Below are positions 11,242-24,196 of a stretch of DNA of 35,532 bases, one piece after another (position 1 is the stretch's first letter; each line of letters begins with the position of its first letter). The translations under genes were made by a program, and so were the position numbers. Below the pieces are notes generated by a model. That model saw only the letters and a list, made by a program, of their open reading frames with translations. It was not told where the DNA came from and ran no database searches. The DNA comes from Octopus bimaculoides (Eukaryota), in assembly GCF_001194135.2 (NCBI RefSeq), contig NC_068998.1, forward strand, positions 37,481,360 to 37,516,891, written 5' to 3'.

Positions 11242-11738
11242 TCAGTAAATCATAAATTCGAAAGAGAAGCACACTCTAAGTTATAGAGCAGTAGAATAAT
11301 GTGATAAAAATAGATATGGCCGAGATCTGAGAAATTATATGGCTGGGCTAGTTGAGTTGCGGGAGACAAAGTACTAGTGGAAGGTTATACATATTTCACA
11401 AGACTCAGTACCTTCTCACGAAGCTCACGTAACCCAAAAACGGATGCCAGACTAACTTTGTGATCCTGTAACACTAAGAGACTAATCAATATCCTTACCT
11501 TATCATAGTTTCATTGAAAGATTTTTACCATTGTCCAGCTGATGTTCGAAATGAATAAGAAAGATTGGTCCAGCATTCAAGCAATTATCGAAGTTAAAGG
11601 CAAATTCATAGTATAAGGAAGCTTACGAAGAACAAGTGACAAATTTCGATTTCTATTAAAATATTTTTCGTCTAAGCTAGATTACATTTGTTTTATCAAG
11701 TCACCAAATTTGTCCTAAAATACCACTTGTGCACAGTA

Positions 11739-11965
11739 CAGTAATCTCTTGCCATATCGTGGTTCACCTATCACGGTTTATTTAAGCTTACGTCGATTCC
11801 TCCGTGGTGTTGTTTTTGTATTTATAATAAAGTAAATATATACGAATTATAAAAATAAAAAGTATATGCATATATATACAGTACAGTACTGTTTCTACTT
11901 CGCAGATTTTCACCTGTCGCAGAGGGGGCTGGAACGTAACACCCGCGAAACTCGAGGGATTACTG
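11739..11965. mobile_element. Tigger/pogo-type (Tc1/mariner superfamily) MITE
   Basis: TA|CAGTAATCTCTTG...CGAGGGATTACTG|TA: TIRs beginning CAGTAATC with a TA target-site duplication. Confidence 0.8.
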
Positions 11966-11989
11966 TATACATGTTAGAAGGATAGAAAG

Positions 11990-11990
11990 G

Positions 11991-12058
<68 letters not shown>

Positions 12059-12072
12059 GGAAGAGAGAGAGA
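11990..12072. repeat. (AGAT)n/(AG)n microsatellite
   Basis: Visible. Confidence 0.95.
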
Positions 12073-13564
12073 GAAATTTGAGTGAAAATAATTGATGGTG
12101 ACCTTATCCACTACTGATGGCTATGTCGCTATTTCTGGTAGTACCATATAATATAAACTAAGTGGAACCACTTAGGGAATCTGACGTTTGGCTTGCAACT
12201 CTTTCTGCAACTTTTGTAGCGCAACTGGTACCAAACCTATATTCTGCACTTTTTTTTAGACCAAGTGGGGTGATACGGCGTCAGGACAAACCATGAATTC
12301 TACGTTAACATCAACGATTACGCCTCGGAATTTTCGCTTCCGTACTATTGGGAAAATTGTCTGTACTTGTAAGGCTTGAGGTTGCCTCACTCGTATTGAA
12401 TATAATTTCTATCTTGAGTGACAAATGGCACATAACTATGGTCTCTCGAGACATAGTTGTACCAAAGATCGGGTTTCGAATTTTCCACTGTAGAAACCTG
12501 TTTAAAGTTCTGGTTAAAATATATGAAAAGTAACTATGAATTACTCTGTGGTGATATTACTGTGACGCTGACTATTATGGAGACGACCGGGTTATCATGT
12601 CAACTCGTACAGGTGGGAAGATCATTACCAAACATGGAACACCGCTATTTTGTTTCAGTTCTCTTTCTCTCTTTCTTTCTCACTCTCTCTCTCCCTTTCT
12701 CTCACTTTCTTACACGCTCTATCACACCCCTCCTTCTCTCTTTCTTTCTACATGTCTCTGTTTCCCTGATGTTCAGTTTTTCTTTCTTTTTGTCTTTTTA
12801 TCTATTCGTCTATCTTTGTTGGTCATTTTTTAACACACAAATGTGTTTTTCTTATCTTTCCCGACGGCGTTGTCTACATATATAACACCATTCTATGATG
12901 TCAACAGCATTACATCTATTCATATCTGTCCAGATATGGATTTCTTTTCATATTTTCGTACAGACGATCAGTTTCAGAATACAAACAGATGATCGCTGTA
13001 GAATCTGTCCTCTATCAATTTATCTTTGTATAATTTCAACATCAAATATAAGCCTTAAAAGTGTTTTAAAGATTTTCTTTGCATCATTGTTTTCCAATGA
13101 ATAAACATGTGAAATATAGGAAGGAAAGAGGAAAAGCATTGTCTATAAAGTTATGAAACTTATAATAGAGGTATTTTTTATAAGAACGTACGGGTTAATA
13201 TTGTAGTAGAATAGTTAAATTATGAATAGCGAACAGATTAATGAGAATGGTGTAAGTTTGAGATTAACATGACTGTTCTTATCTTCAATTCTTAGCTGGT
13301 TGAATCCATTCTTTGAAAGTTGGTTTAATTTTCGCTAATGAAGTTATTTTTTTATATTTTCCTTTTGTTTTTGTTTTGTTTTTGTTTTGTTTTTTTATTT
13401 AAATATGATTTTGGTCAAATATGCCTGTTGGTACCTCATCCAGCCGACCGGCAAAGAAAAAAGTGGGGGGAAAGATAAGAAAAAATATATAAAATCCATT
13501 TGAGGACGATAACAGCTCAAGCTTTACATGTATATAAGCATATACATACATAATACATACATAC

Positions 13565-13597
<33 letters not shown>

Positions 13598-13889
13598 TAT
13601 TTACATAGGCACAGATATACACACACACATGCATGCATATATGTGTGTGTAAAGAGAGTGTGAGAAAGAACAGAGACGAGCAAAAAGAGAAAAGAATGAA
13701 CGCTATTCATTACAATGAACAATTATGTCTGAGAAACTGAGAAAGACCAAAAAATAAACAGAACTGAACGTAGTACAACAGGCGAAACTCTTTTTCAACA
13801 AACTTCCCACCTTCCCACCGCTCTCACTCTATCTCTCTCTCTCTCCCTCTCTCAATCTACTTAACTATCTCACTTTCGCACACAGATAT

Positions 13890-14011
13890 GTATGTATATA
13901 TATATATATAGACATACATACATACATACATACATACATACATACGTAGACTGACAAATAGACAGACAGAGAGATAGACAGAGAGATAGACAGATAGATA
14001 GACGGTCAGGC

Positions 14012-14071
<60 letters not shown>

Positions 14072-14115
14072 GGATAAATAGATAGATAGATGTACATACA
14101 TACATATATATGTGT
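13890..14115. repeat. Compound (TA)n/(TACA)n/(AGAC)n/(AGAT)n microsatellite
   Basis: Visible. Confidence 0.95.
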
Positions 14116-14358
14116 GTGTCTGTGTGTGCATTACATATATGTGTGAGTGCGCGTTTGCAAAGCTGCAGATATAAAGACTTCTCTGTAAACAATAAAGAGA
14201 AAAACGGATTGCTCAATCTTCCATGTAGAGTGTCAAGATAAAGTACAGTAGAAACAGCGAATTTCTTGACACTAAGAGGGAATTTACATTGATTAAGCAT
14301 ATCGATAGTGGATGGAGTTAAAACCCACCTCAAGGGAGCGATCTGTATCGTATAGTTA

Positions 14359-14396
<38 letters not shown>

Positions 14397-14406
14397 GCAC
14401 GCGTGA

Positions 14407-14444
<38 letters not shown>

Positions 14445-14501
14445 TCACACACAAGCGTGTAAGGGTTTTCTCTCTCAATATTTCTGTTTTCTCTACTGTT
14501 T

Positions 14502-14620
14502 GAAGAAGAAGAAGAAGAAGAAGAAGAAGAAGAAGAAGAAGAAGAAGAAGAAGAAGAAGAAGAAGAAGAAGAAGAAGAAGAAGAAGAAGAAGAAGAAGAA
14601 GAAGAAGAAGAAGAAGAAGA
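14502..14620. repeat. Perfect (GAA)n, about 40 units
   Basis: Visible. Confidence 0.98.
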
Positions 14621-14980
14621 GAACCGAATTTAACCCAATTAATTTCAGGTCCCTAGCTATGTCGTGATGATGAGTCCAAAAGGAAAACAAAATAGTGATT
14701 TTAAGAACTGAACCTCATAGAAATGAACAAAATGATTATATAGAAATATATACATGCTCTTCGCTGTTTAATTTCATATAAACACCTCAATATGTTTAAA
14801 GCCTGAAGCGATTCTCTCCCCTACAGTAGCAGTAACAGTAGCAATCAACCACGTGCGTGCACGCAGATATGCACACAGACACACACACACACACATGTTG
14901 GAAGGAGTTGCCATGAAAGGGCAGTCCTTGTTGTGCTTATCCAATTCGTCTTCCTACACGGCCAGCGAAAGAAGATTATG

Positions 14981-15123
14981 GGCGCAGGCGTAACTGTGTG
15001 CTAAGAATCTTTCTAACAAAACAACGTGGTTTCGGGTTCAGTCCCACTGCACAGCGCCACGTGCAAGTGTCTACCGTGATATTCCAGGGTCGACCAGTGC
15101 CCTGTGAGTAGATTTGACAACCG
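14981..15123 (+). mobile_element. Type A SINE, 5' part with an internal deletion
   Basis: GGCGCAGGCGTAACTGTGTG...GGTTCAGTCCCACTGC...GTGAGTAGATTTG joined directly to ACAACCG. Confidence 0.8.
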
Positions 15124-15543
15124 CGAAAAGCACGTTTGACGTCACATCTTGCTGCGAAAACATATCAACAATTTGTTAACATACCACCTCTCCCCCTCTC
15201 TCTCCCTCTCTCTCTCTGTGACGCTTATATACTGTTGCAATAACTTGTTTTCGTTCGTGTTTCGCTTCCATCTTTTTTTTGTTTCTTATCATAGAGATGG
15301 AGTCACCTTAGGTTCAGTGTACATTAATAATGGACATAAAATCCAGTGTTAGAGATACTGAGAAAATGATTAATAAAATCAAGAAAGCTTTCAAAGAAAA
15401 ATATTCAAGGAAATATATTTGATACCGAAATATCGCTTTATCAACTAAGTTGAGTAACGTAAATTGCATCAACGCATTGTGTAGCTCTTGCGAACACTTT
15501 ATCATTTTCACAATATAGCAAGAGCTATCTATACAATGTATCA

Positions 15544-15576
<33 letters not shown>

Positions 15577-16244
15577 CAAGACAATTACATTGAATACAAA
15601 AATTAATACATATGCCAGTGTATATTTCCACTGTCAATAATGCACCATATTTGATTTAGATGTGTCCGATGTACGTTTCTGCTGCATAGACATTTCACAA
15701 TTGCATTTGGACCCAGTTTCATTCATATGGTTAGTAGTGTATGCAGCTTCATTCAAGTTCCGGCCAATGTCGTGATTTAAAAAGAACGAAAGGTGTGTAG
15801 GTTTAGCTAGCACTAAATGTGGTTGTGAACTACAGTTTTTGTTTGCAAAGAATGTTAACGGAACATTTGTAAACCCGATATGGCTATAAAAATTTATCAG
15901 GGTGACCATATAATGACCCTAGGTTTTAGTTTCAAAACATGAATACTAGATCTTAAATTAGGTCAGAGTACATTTTTTCACCATTAACTTTAGGTAAATT
16001 AGAAATTAATATGTTTCATATATATGTGTACAATTACGTACGGGTCAATAAGTCAGATATAATTTAAATATATGAATTATGTACAACTTACTTGTAAGGC
16101 CAATCCGAATCTTTATTTATATAAGTCAAGTATTATTGTTTATATATCTCAATCCAATATGCGATTATTTCCACTATTGCTACGCTGGGCATTGCATGCG
16201 GATTTCACCTTACACCAATTGGGATGTATTAATCTTCGTATTCG

Positions 16245-16470
16245 TTATAACTGTCTTAGATATACACTCAGGATTTCGACAATGGTGTTTAAAAGGCTAT
16301 CTGTGAGCTGCATTTTCATCTTAGGGTAGAGAAAGAAATCTGCAGATGCAAAATCTGGCGAATAAGGCGAGTACAGAAACGACGCCATGTTTTTGACTAG
16401 AAACTCATGAGTGAGATGTATTGTCGTCGTAAAGAATCCAATTCTTTGCGCTCTATATCCGGGCAATTTT
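16245..16470 (-). pseudogene. Mariner transposase C-terminal fragment
   Basis: Translation HEFLVKNMASFLYSPYSPDFASADFFLYPKMKMQL contains the YSPDLAP-like mariner motif. Confidence 0.8.
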
Positions 16471-16479
16471 GCACACAAA

Positions 16480-16616
16480 TCTGTGCGTGCGCGTGTGTGT
16501 TTCTGTGTGTGTGCGTGTATACATATATTTAAATGTATGTGTGTATATATATATATATATAAATATACACACACACACATATACATAAATATATATATAT
16601 ATACGTCCATCGTAAT

Positions 16617-16710
<94 letters not shown>
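16480..16710. repeat. (TG)n/(TA)n/(GA)n compound microsatellite
   Basis: Visible. Confidence 0.95.
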
Positions 16711-16711
<1 letters not shown>

Positions 16712-16891
16712 GTCATTAAGAATGAGATGTCCGATTTTCTTATGCACCAAGTTTGACAGTCGTTAACAAATGTTTTATCCTGACAATTCATTGTTTTACA
16801 ACATTGAAGAGTTACATCATCAATTTTCAAAATGCAATTCATGGTGTCTGATATTATGAGTTTTCTCTTGTAAATCAATTTTTGCGAACCC

Positions 16892-17330
16892 ATGGATAGA
16901 TAAAAAAATTCCTGTCGTTTATGACTATGGGTTCCGTCGTGGAACCAATGCATTCCAGACAGCTCGAAACATGAATGACGTGTTTGGTCAAGATGTGGTG
17001 AATGAGCGTACTGTACGTCGATGGTTTGAGAAGTTGCGATCTGATGACGTTACCCTTAAAAATCAGCCCCATAGTAGACGTGAGACCAAAGTGGATAATG
17101 ATGAGCTGAAAACTGTAGCGGAAGTAGATACGTCTCAAACTACGCATGATTTAGCAGCAAGGTTCGATGTTTCGACTCCAACTGTATTGGACCTTCTGAA
17201 ACAAATCGGCAAGGTAAAGAAGCTAGGGTACCACACAAACTGAACTAGCATCAAATGACACATCGTCTTGAAACTTGCTGTTCTTTGCTGTCACAGCATA
17301 AAAGCGAACCATTTTTGCATCGTACTGTGT
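16892..17330 (+). pseudogene. Mariner transposase N-terminal fragment, Hsmar1/cecropia-like
   Basis: NMNDVFGQDVVNERTVRRWFEKLRS...VDNDELK...LKQIGKVKKL, then after a frameshift HRLETCCSLLSQHKSEPFLHRTV; collinear with the Hsmar1-type HTH and linker. Confidence 0.9.
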
Positions 17331-17354
17331 GAATATCTTTTATTTTTTAGCATT

Positions 17355-17555
17355 AATTTTTTTCAGTCATTAGACAGTGGCCACGCTGGGGCCTTGCTTT
17401 GAAGAATTTTAGTCGAACGAATCGACCCCAGTATTTATTTTCCTTTAAGCGTGATATTTATTCTATCGGTCTATTGGGCCAAACCGCTGGGTAACAAGGA
17501 CGTAAACACACCAACACCAGTTCTCAAGTGGTGGTGGGAGACAAATACACACACA
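17355..17555 (-). mobile_element. Type A SINE, 3' half
   Basis: TTTCAGTCATTAGACAGTGGCCACGCTGG...ATCGACCCCAG...TTATTCTATCGGTCT...AAACCGCTGGGTAAC; ends at a CA repeat. Confidence 0.85.
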
Positions 17556-17892
17556 CTTATATATGTGCGTGTCTCTGTATGTGCATGTGAAAATTCTGCT
17601 TTGAGATTGTTTTTTACTTCCGCTTCTATAGATAAATGTATGAGAGAGAAAAAGAAGGAAGAAAGAAGGTTAGTAATAATTAGAAGTAGACAAAGATCAC
17701 GAGGAAGAACACGAAATATAAAGTAAAATGGAAGATGATAGAGGAAGGTGTCGTGTGACACCTTAGGACACATAAGCATACATACACACATATACATCTA
17801 CATATTGCATATATAGATGTTTGTAGGTATATACATATATATGCATATGTATGTATGTATGTATGTATGTGTGTGGATGTGTGTGTATGTAT

Positions 17893-17906
<14 letters not shown>

Positions 17907-17966
<60 letters not shown>

Positions 17967-17980
17967 TAATAATAATAATA
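17907..17980. repeat. (AAT)n microsatellite
   Basis: Visible. Confidence 0.95.
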
Positions 17981-18292
17981 TCTATCTCTACATATATGTG
18001 TGTGTATTGGAATTCTTTATTCCTGTTCGTTTCGCCAAAACTCTTTCTATCTCTCTCTCTCTCTCCATCTCTCTCNNNNNNNNNNNNNNNNNNNNNNNNN
18101 NNNNNNNNNNNNNNNNNNNNNNNNNNNNNNNNNNNNNNNNNNNNNNNNNNNNNNNNNNNNNNNNNNNNNNNNNNNNNNNNNNNNNNNNNNNNNNNNNNNN
18201 NNNNNNNNNNNNNNNNNNNNTCTCTTTCCCCCTCTCTGTATATAAATATACAATATGTGCGTGTGTGTATGTGTCTGTGTGTGTTTCTGTAC

Positions 18293-18339
<47 letters not shown>

Positions 18340-18829
18340 CGTGCGTGTGTGCGTGCGTGTGTGTGTGTGTGTGTATGTGTGTGTGTACTTATATGTAAAT
18401 ATGCATATGCATGTACTGAAAAGGACAAAGAACAAAGAACTGCGCTTGGAGTATTGAAATAACTCCAAATCCAAAATAGATATTCCATCAATAGTGAAGG
18501 ACGAAGATGTGAACACGTACGGATGTGTCGTATGTTACTTCAAACGTGACGGTTTTTATGTGATTTTTGTTCACTAGGACTACCTCGCGAAACAGAACAC
18601 TTCAGTAAATTTGTACGCTTTTCAAAATTCTCAAAACTCTATGATCTTACAAAAGGAACGAGGATAGAAAGAAAGAAAGAAAAAATATAGAAAAGAAGAG
18701 AGAAGAAAGAGAGAAGAGTTTGGATTCCTTTCTGCAAATTGCAGTTGTTTGTCATAATATAATGACACTGAAGCAATATTTATACCAGTTCGTGTTTTTA
18801 TATTACCAAATGCAATGCAGAATCTGCAG

Positions 18830-18882
18830 TTGATATATATATATATATATACCTAAATGTATATATATGTGTGTGTGTGTGT

Positions 18883-18965
<83 letters not shown>
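18830..18965. repeat. (TA)n(TG)n microsatellite
   Basis: Visible. Confidence 0.95.
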
Positions 18966-19157
18966 CATATCCCTTGTTGTTGACATAGAGTAACGATGTC
19001 TTTTCCTCTTTTCTAGAGAGGCCACTTGTTAGAGATGTGATAGGCCCACCGGTTTCAGAGCCTAAAGAAACGATGTAAAGCTAAGTGCTTTATGGACGTG
19101 AAACCAAAGGTAACCCCAGAGACCAGCCCTATCTATCTTTATTTATCTATTTATCTG

Positions 19158-19205
<48 letters not shown>

Positions 19206-19329
19206 ATCCATCTATCTATCTGTGTGTGTGTGTGTGTGTGTGTGTGTTCAGTTGTGACCAAAATTTGGAACAGAGGCTTGAAAATTAGGTTTTTTTATAT
19301 TAAATGCTCAAATATATGCAATATATATA

Positions 19330-19930
19330 GGAGGGGGAGTCAAAAATTATCCGCAATTTCGCCATATTAATGTCACGCTGCCTTCTGCGCCTGCGTGCTT
19401 ATAGCTGGTACAATTGTGGTCGCGTGATCAAAGTTTGAGCGTGATCGCACCATTTTTCTTTCTGGCTTTACTGTGTAAGCATGGCCGCTCCACCAGCAAT
19501 GTGCACCAAAGAAGAACAAAGAGCAGCGATCCTATTTGTCCGGTCGGAAGGTGTGTCAGGTGAGTCAGGACGCCCGTCAACCTTCACCACTGACCAGAAG
19601 GTTCAGCAAGCTCGAAAGGTGGTTATGGTCCACCGGCGAATTATTATCCATGACGTAGCTTGTTCTCTGCAGATTAGTCATGGTTCTGCCTATCAAATCA
19701 TCCACGATGAGCTCGGCTTCCATAAAGTCTGTGCAAGATGGATGCCAAAAAAGCTTACTGCGGAGCACAAGCAGAAACGTCATGAGGTCATCCAACGTTT
19801 ACTCGATCGCTACAACAATAAGGGCGAGGAATTTTTGAGCAGAATATTCACGGGAAATGAAACGTGGATCCATAATTATCAGGCAAAATCCAAAAGACAG
19901 AGAATAGATTGGAAACATTCTGACTCACCA
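19330..19930 (+). mobile_element. Mariner element (irritans/Hsmar2-like), 5' part: left TIR plus internally deleted transposase
   Basis: TA|GGAGGGGGAGTCAAAAATTATCCGCA TIR-like start; ORF from 19481 reads MAAPPAMCTKEEQRA..GRPST..LGFHKVCARWMPKKLT..IFTGNETWIH..WKHSDSP (WVPHEL-like motif; first catalytic D changed to N). Confidence 0.9.
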
Positions 19931-20018
19931 GCATGTGATTGGCTAATGACGTATATCCAAAGGAACAATGTTAAAAATATTCCAAGCTTCATTTATAAAA
20001 ATGGAACACAGATATATA

Positions 20019-20052
<34 letters not shown>

Positions 20053-21240
20053 NNNNNNNNNNNNNNNNNNNNNNNNNNNNNNNNNNNNNNNNNNNNNNNN
20101 NNNNNNNNNNNNNNNNNNNNNNNNNNNNNNNNNNNNNNNNNNNNNNNNNNNNNNNNNNNNNNNNNNATATCTGAGATTATTTCTTTCGCGAGTTTATCGA
20201 TTGTAGATTATCCCCTCAGATCTATTGACTATATTTTCCTTCATAAATTGTCTTTTTCGAATATTTACAGTGTAAAATTTATCCAACGGATTTAGAAGCA
20301 ATCACATGTGGTTCGGATCTGACAGAAATATAATATCTAGATTTTACAGTAGAGATCAGTAATAAAATAATCGTTTATGTATACTCGACGCATATATACT
20401 CCCGATAGGCCGATTACTGCTGTAATCATCCTAGCATAACATTCTTATGGACTTGCTGTGTTAAAAATAATAATTGTCAAAGAGAGACGAAATTTCTTCC
20501 AAGGAACTGCAAACGAAACCACTAGATGATTTCGACCTGGTTATTTTAATTAAATACTACTTCAACTGCGTATACCGGATTATAACTGATGTTTATAATA
20601 AAACCAATGATTTTAAATTTCAGACATCTTAGGCAAATAACTGCACAACTCTTAATTTAGTATGGAATGATTTTGTTTGTCATGTAATATTCGGTAGAAT
20701 AGTTTGTCGATGAGAATTATTGACAGATAAATTTAATAATGTGATAAAACGAATGATTAAGCAAGGATATAATATGGAAAATTTTATTAATACTTAAATT
20801 TAACCTTAGGTATATCAAATAAATTTGCAATCATTTCAAGCTAGTAATTTTGCTACTAATTAAAAATTTAAGTGTGATACCAAATATTAATAAAATTCGG
20901 GGTACGTTTCGTAAAAATTGACTACTGTCATAGTCCTTCATGATCCTTCTCGATACATTCTCCCGAAGCGTGAAAAGTAGTGGCAGCCAAGCATCGCCAT
21001 GTCAGCCGTTCTGTAAATGCAGTTCGGCACTTTCATAGCCTTCTATTGAGTGTATCCGTCAGGATTGGCATTTCAACAACGGACCATCTGTTGGTTAGAG
21101 TGGCTTGAGGCTTTAGAAACGTTACATATATAGTTAAGTCATTTGTTGTTGTTGTTAATAAATTTACTTCTGTATTTTTCATTCTTCCTTCTCTACTTTT
21201 CTTTTTGTCTAACTCTTGTTTTTTAATGATGCTTGCTTAC

Positions 21241-21324
21241 GTTTTGAAGTCAAAGCTTCTTCCGTAAGATTCAACTGGACCAACATTTCTCCCTTTTGCA
21301 AGAGTAGTCAATGGAACCGGATGG
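21241..21324 (-). CDS. Candidate 84-nt internal exon of an unknown host gene
   Basis: TTTCAG acceptor, AAC|GTAAGC donor, length divisible by 3, single open frame HPVPLTTLAKGRNVGPVESYGRSFDFK; no homology recognised. Confidence 0.25.
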
Positions 21325-21814
21325 CTGAAATCTAGTTCCTTCTTAATATGGTTTACAAATCAGTATCAATCATTTGATGTTTATTTCTACTTTTATTTCA
21401 TATGTATTCCGCCGTTTTAATCACGTTTAAGTTTCCTGTATTTCATTTATGAGTATTTTGATTTATATGTATTTTAATACTTGTTTTATACGCTCTGTTA
21501 TTGCATTGGAACTTTTGTGCTTTATATCCTAGTCACAAATATGCGTTCGTTTTCCCAAACTGCGTTAAACTGGATCTTTTTTTAACGCCTAACACCTTCG
21601 GAAGTAGTGATCCTGCCGTGAGGTATCATGAGGAAACCTGACTGGCAGTAGATGAGGGAAATTTCTGATTTAAATATAAAGTGCGTTTTCGTGCTCTCTT
21701 TATTGTTTCTGCATGTTTACGCTCTCATTATTTGAACAGTGTCACACTGGTTCTTAGGCATTTGTCATAGTTCATTGTTATTGTACGAATTGAAGGTTAC
21801 TTAAAAGTTTACAT

Positions 21815-22029
21815 ACTGGTTTCAAATTTTGGCACTAGGCCAGCAATTTGAGGGTGGGGTTAAGTCGATTACATGGATCCCGCTTCTTGACTAATACAAA
21901 TTTTATCAACTCCGAAAGGTTGTAAAGCAAAATCAGCCTCGGTGGAATTTGAACTCAGAACGTAAAGACGGACGAAATGCTGCTAATCATTTTGACCGGT
22001 ATGATAACGGTTCTGCCAGATCACCGCCT
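21815..22029 (-). mobile_element. Full-length type B SINE
   Basis: TTTCAAATTTTGGCACTAGGCCAGCAATTT...GGAATTTGAACTCAGAACGTAAAGACGGACGAAATGC...TTCTGCCAGATCACCGCC. Confidence 0.9.
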
Positions 22030-22119
22030 TAAGAGTTTCTATATTAATGGAGTATTCTATCTCGGAGTGGTTATAAACATTTTAGGAACGTATCGTAGTT
22101 TTACAGCAGTAATAAAGCT

Positions 22120-22204
22120 TATGTATGTATGTATGTAAGTATGTATGTATGTATGTATGTATGTAAGTATGTATGTATGTATGTATGTATGTATGTATGT
22201 ATGT
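22120..22204. repeat. (TATG)n microsatellite
   Basis: Visible. Confidence 0.95.
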
Positions 22205-22220
22205 ACATGAATACATGCAT

Positions 22221-24150
22221 TCATTCCAGTGAGCAGAGTTAAAGCCATAGCTGACCTGAATTCATTGTGGGCCACCATCTTGAAATTAAATGGAAGGAGT
22301 TATTGTATTGTCAGTGATAGAATACAGTATCGCAGGTGTATATTCCTAGGGGACAGCCTCTCTGTGATGTTGTTGATACTTTCTGTAAACCCTTTGTCAT
22401 TCATTTAACGAAGCCCGAAGGATATTTCACCGCTTCACAAGGAAACAGTAATACCGAAATTTCAGTTTCTTTGTGGATGACTAGAAATTACTTGCAAAGA
22501 ATACGCATGAGTTGAAAAAGAGCCTTGACCTGATTACAACATTCTCAAAGGATACAGGGTGGGTGTTTGGACAGGATAAATGTTGCTATATGGTTGTGAA
22601 AATAGGAAAAACTGTAAAACAGACTAACAACATCTCCATCAATGACTTAACTGTTTCCCCTGTATCTAACGAGGAATGTTATAGGTACGTTGTGATGGAT
22701 GAAAACATATCTTAGAATGGGACCTGTAACAAGACACGTGTCACAAAAGAATGTTACAGCCGAATAAAGAAAATATGGAACTTGGAACTCTCTGCATTCA
22801 ATAAAACTGTCCTACAATGTGTTTTCAGTGCCAGTACTCATGCCAACATTTGGGCTACTTAATGGGATACTTGATGAGATCCGAGCCATTAATGTGAAAA
22901 TCCGGAAGATACTGATACTAACCAGTACACATAATTTCCACAACAATAGTGATGTAGATCGCCTCTATCTAAAACAAAAACAAGGCGGCAAAGGCTTAAC
23001 ATCGATCCAGACAGCCTTTGAATGTATCATATCCCTTCGGCAACATCTTTTAACCACCGAGTGTCGAAGTGTATTCCTTGATCAAGTTTGCATACATGAG
23101 GCTGATAACATCATGAAACTTGGAAATCAGGACCTTGAGCAGTGTTCCTTGTCTGATAACCTAGAATACATGCCCAAAGAAGTCGGTCGACTCTACCACG
23201 ATTCATCAGATGAAACGATGAGCGTACGTCTGTAGAAGACCATGCATGGATATGTTAGTAGAAGGCTCCGAGATGATAGTAACATTGATCATCAAAGCAG
23301 TTTATCATGGACTAAGAACAGGATTGTTAACTCCCACTTTGAAGGGTATATGTTTGCAATCCAAGAACAAAAAAAAAATACTAACCAAATACCTGATGCA
23401 CAGAAGGGACAGTGACGCAGGAAAAGCAGCAAAATGTCAAAACCGATGCAGAATTTGTGAAATTAACACCGAAGTTATCACCCACATCATAAGCAGCTAC
23501 CCGAAAATGTCATCATGGTAGTAATTATCGATGAGACATGAAGTAGCGAAGACACTGTATAATGAGATCCGACGGAAGGATAAAACCGAAGCGAAAGAAA
23601 TAAGAACCTACAAAATGGTGGAAACCATAGCCGCTCATAATAAAAAAGAGTACCTGTGGAATGTCCCAGTGAAAAACCTGACAAGTTTGGGATAGAGAAG
23701 AGAAACTGTGCACAATTGTGGAGATTAGCTGCCCAGCGGATGTTGACATAAAGTTAAATATCAGTGTAAAAGAGAATCCCTTCGCTGAATTATTGAGAAA
23801 TCTGAAGTTACTCTATCCAGATAACAAGTTCAGGTTTATACCTGTAATTACGGGGGCCTAATTACCAATCTTGAGAAATTAGGTTTCTGAAAATCAGAAA
23901 GGAGAAGGTTAATTCGAAGACTACAGATCCAAACCATCACCAGAACTGTAAAATTCTGCAAAACTTTTCAGAAGTTTATCATTTAAATATATATGAGAAA
24001 GTCTAGATATGCAACTATATGCATGAGAATACATACATAAAACAAAATATACAAATTTGCACATATAAATACAAACAATAATACCTTGGAGTCTTGGATC
24101 TAGGTTAGAAACCGGCTCTTTTTCTATTGGCAAGAAATCTTGAAATAAAA
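22221..24150 (+). mobile_element. 5'-truncated R4/Dong-like non-LTR retrotransposon (RT, CCHC, restriction-like endonuclease), decayed
   Basis: RRCIFLGDSLS (about 22330-22365), FVDD* (22470), FGQDKC, SDVDRLYLKQKQGGKGL, CRICEINTEVITHII (CCHC), KPD..WDREEKLCTIVEISCP (PD-(D/E)xK), terminal LQIQTITRTVKFCKTF with stop at 23986, then a putative 3' UTR ending AATAAAA; multiple stops and frameshifts. Confidence 0.9.
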
Positions 24151-24160
24151 NNNNNNNNNN

Positions 24161-24196
<36 letters not shown>

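Noticed and set aside
11498-11540. Minus-strand exon-like segment with GTAAGG donor
   Set aside because: Stops in all three frames
15634-15909. 91-aa non-repetitive ORF on the minus strand
   Set aside because: No recognisable motif or splice support, and the length is compatible with chance
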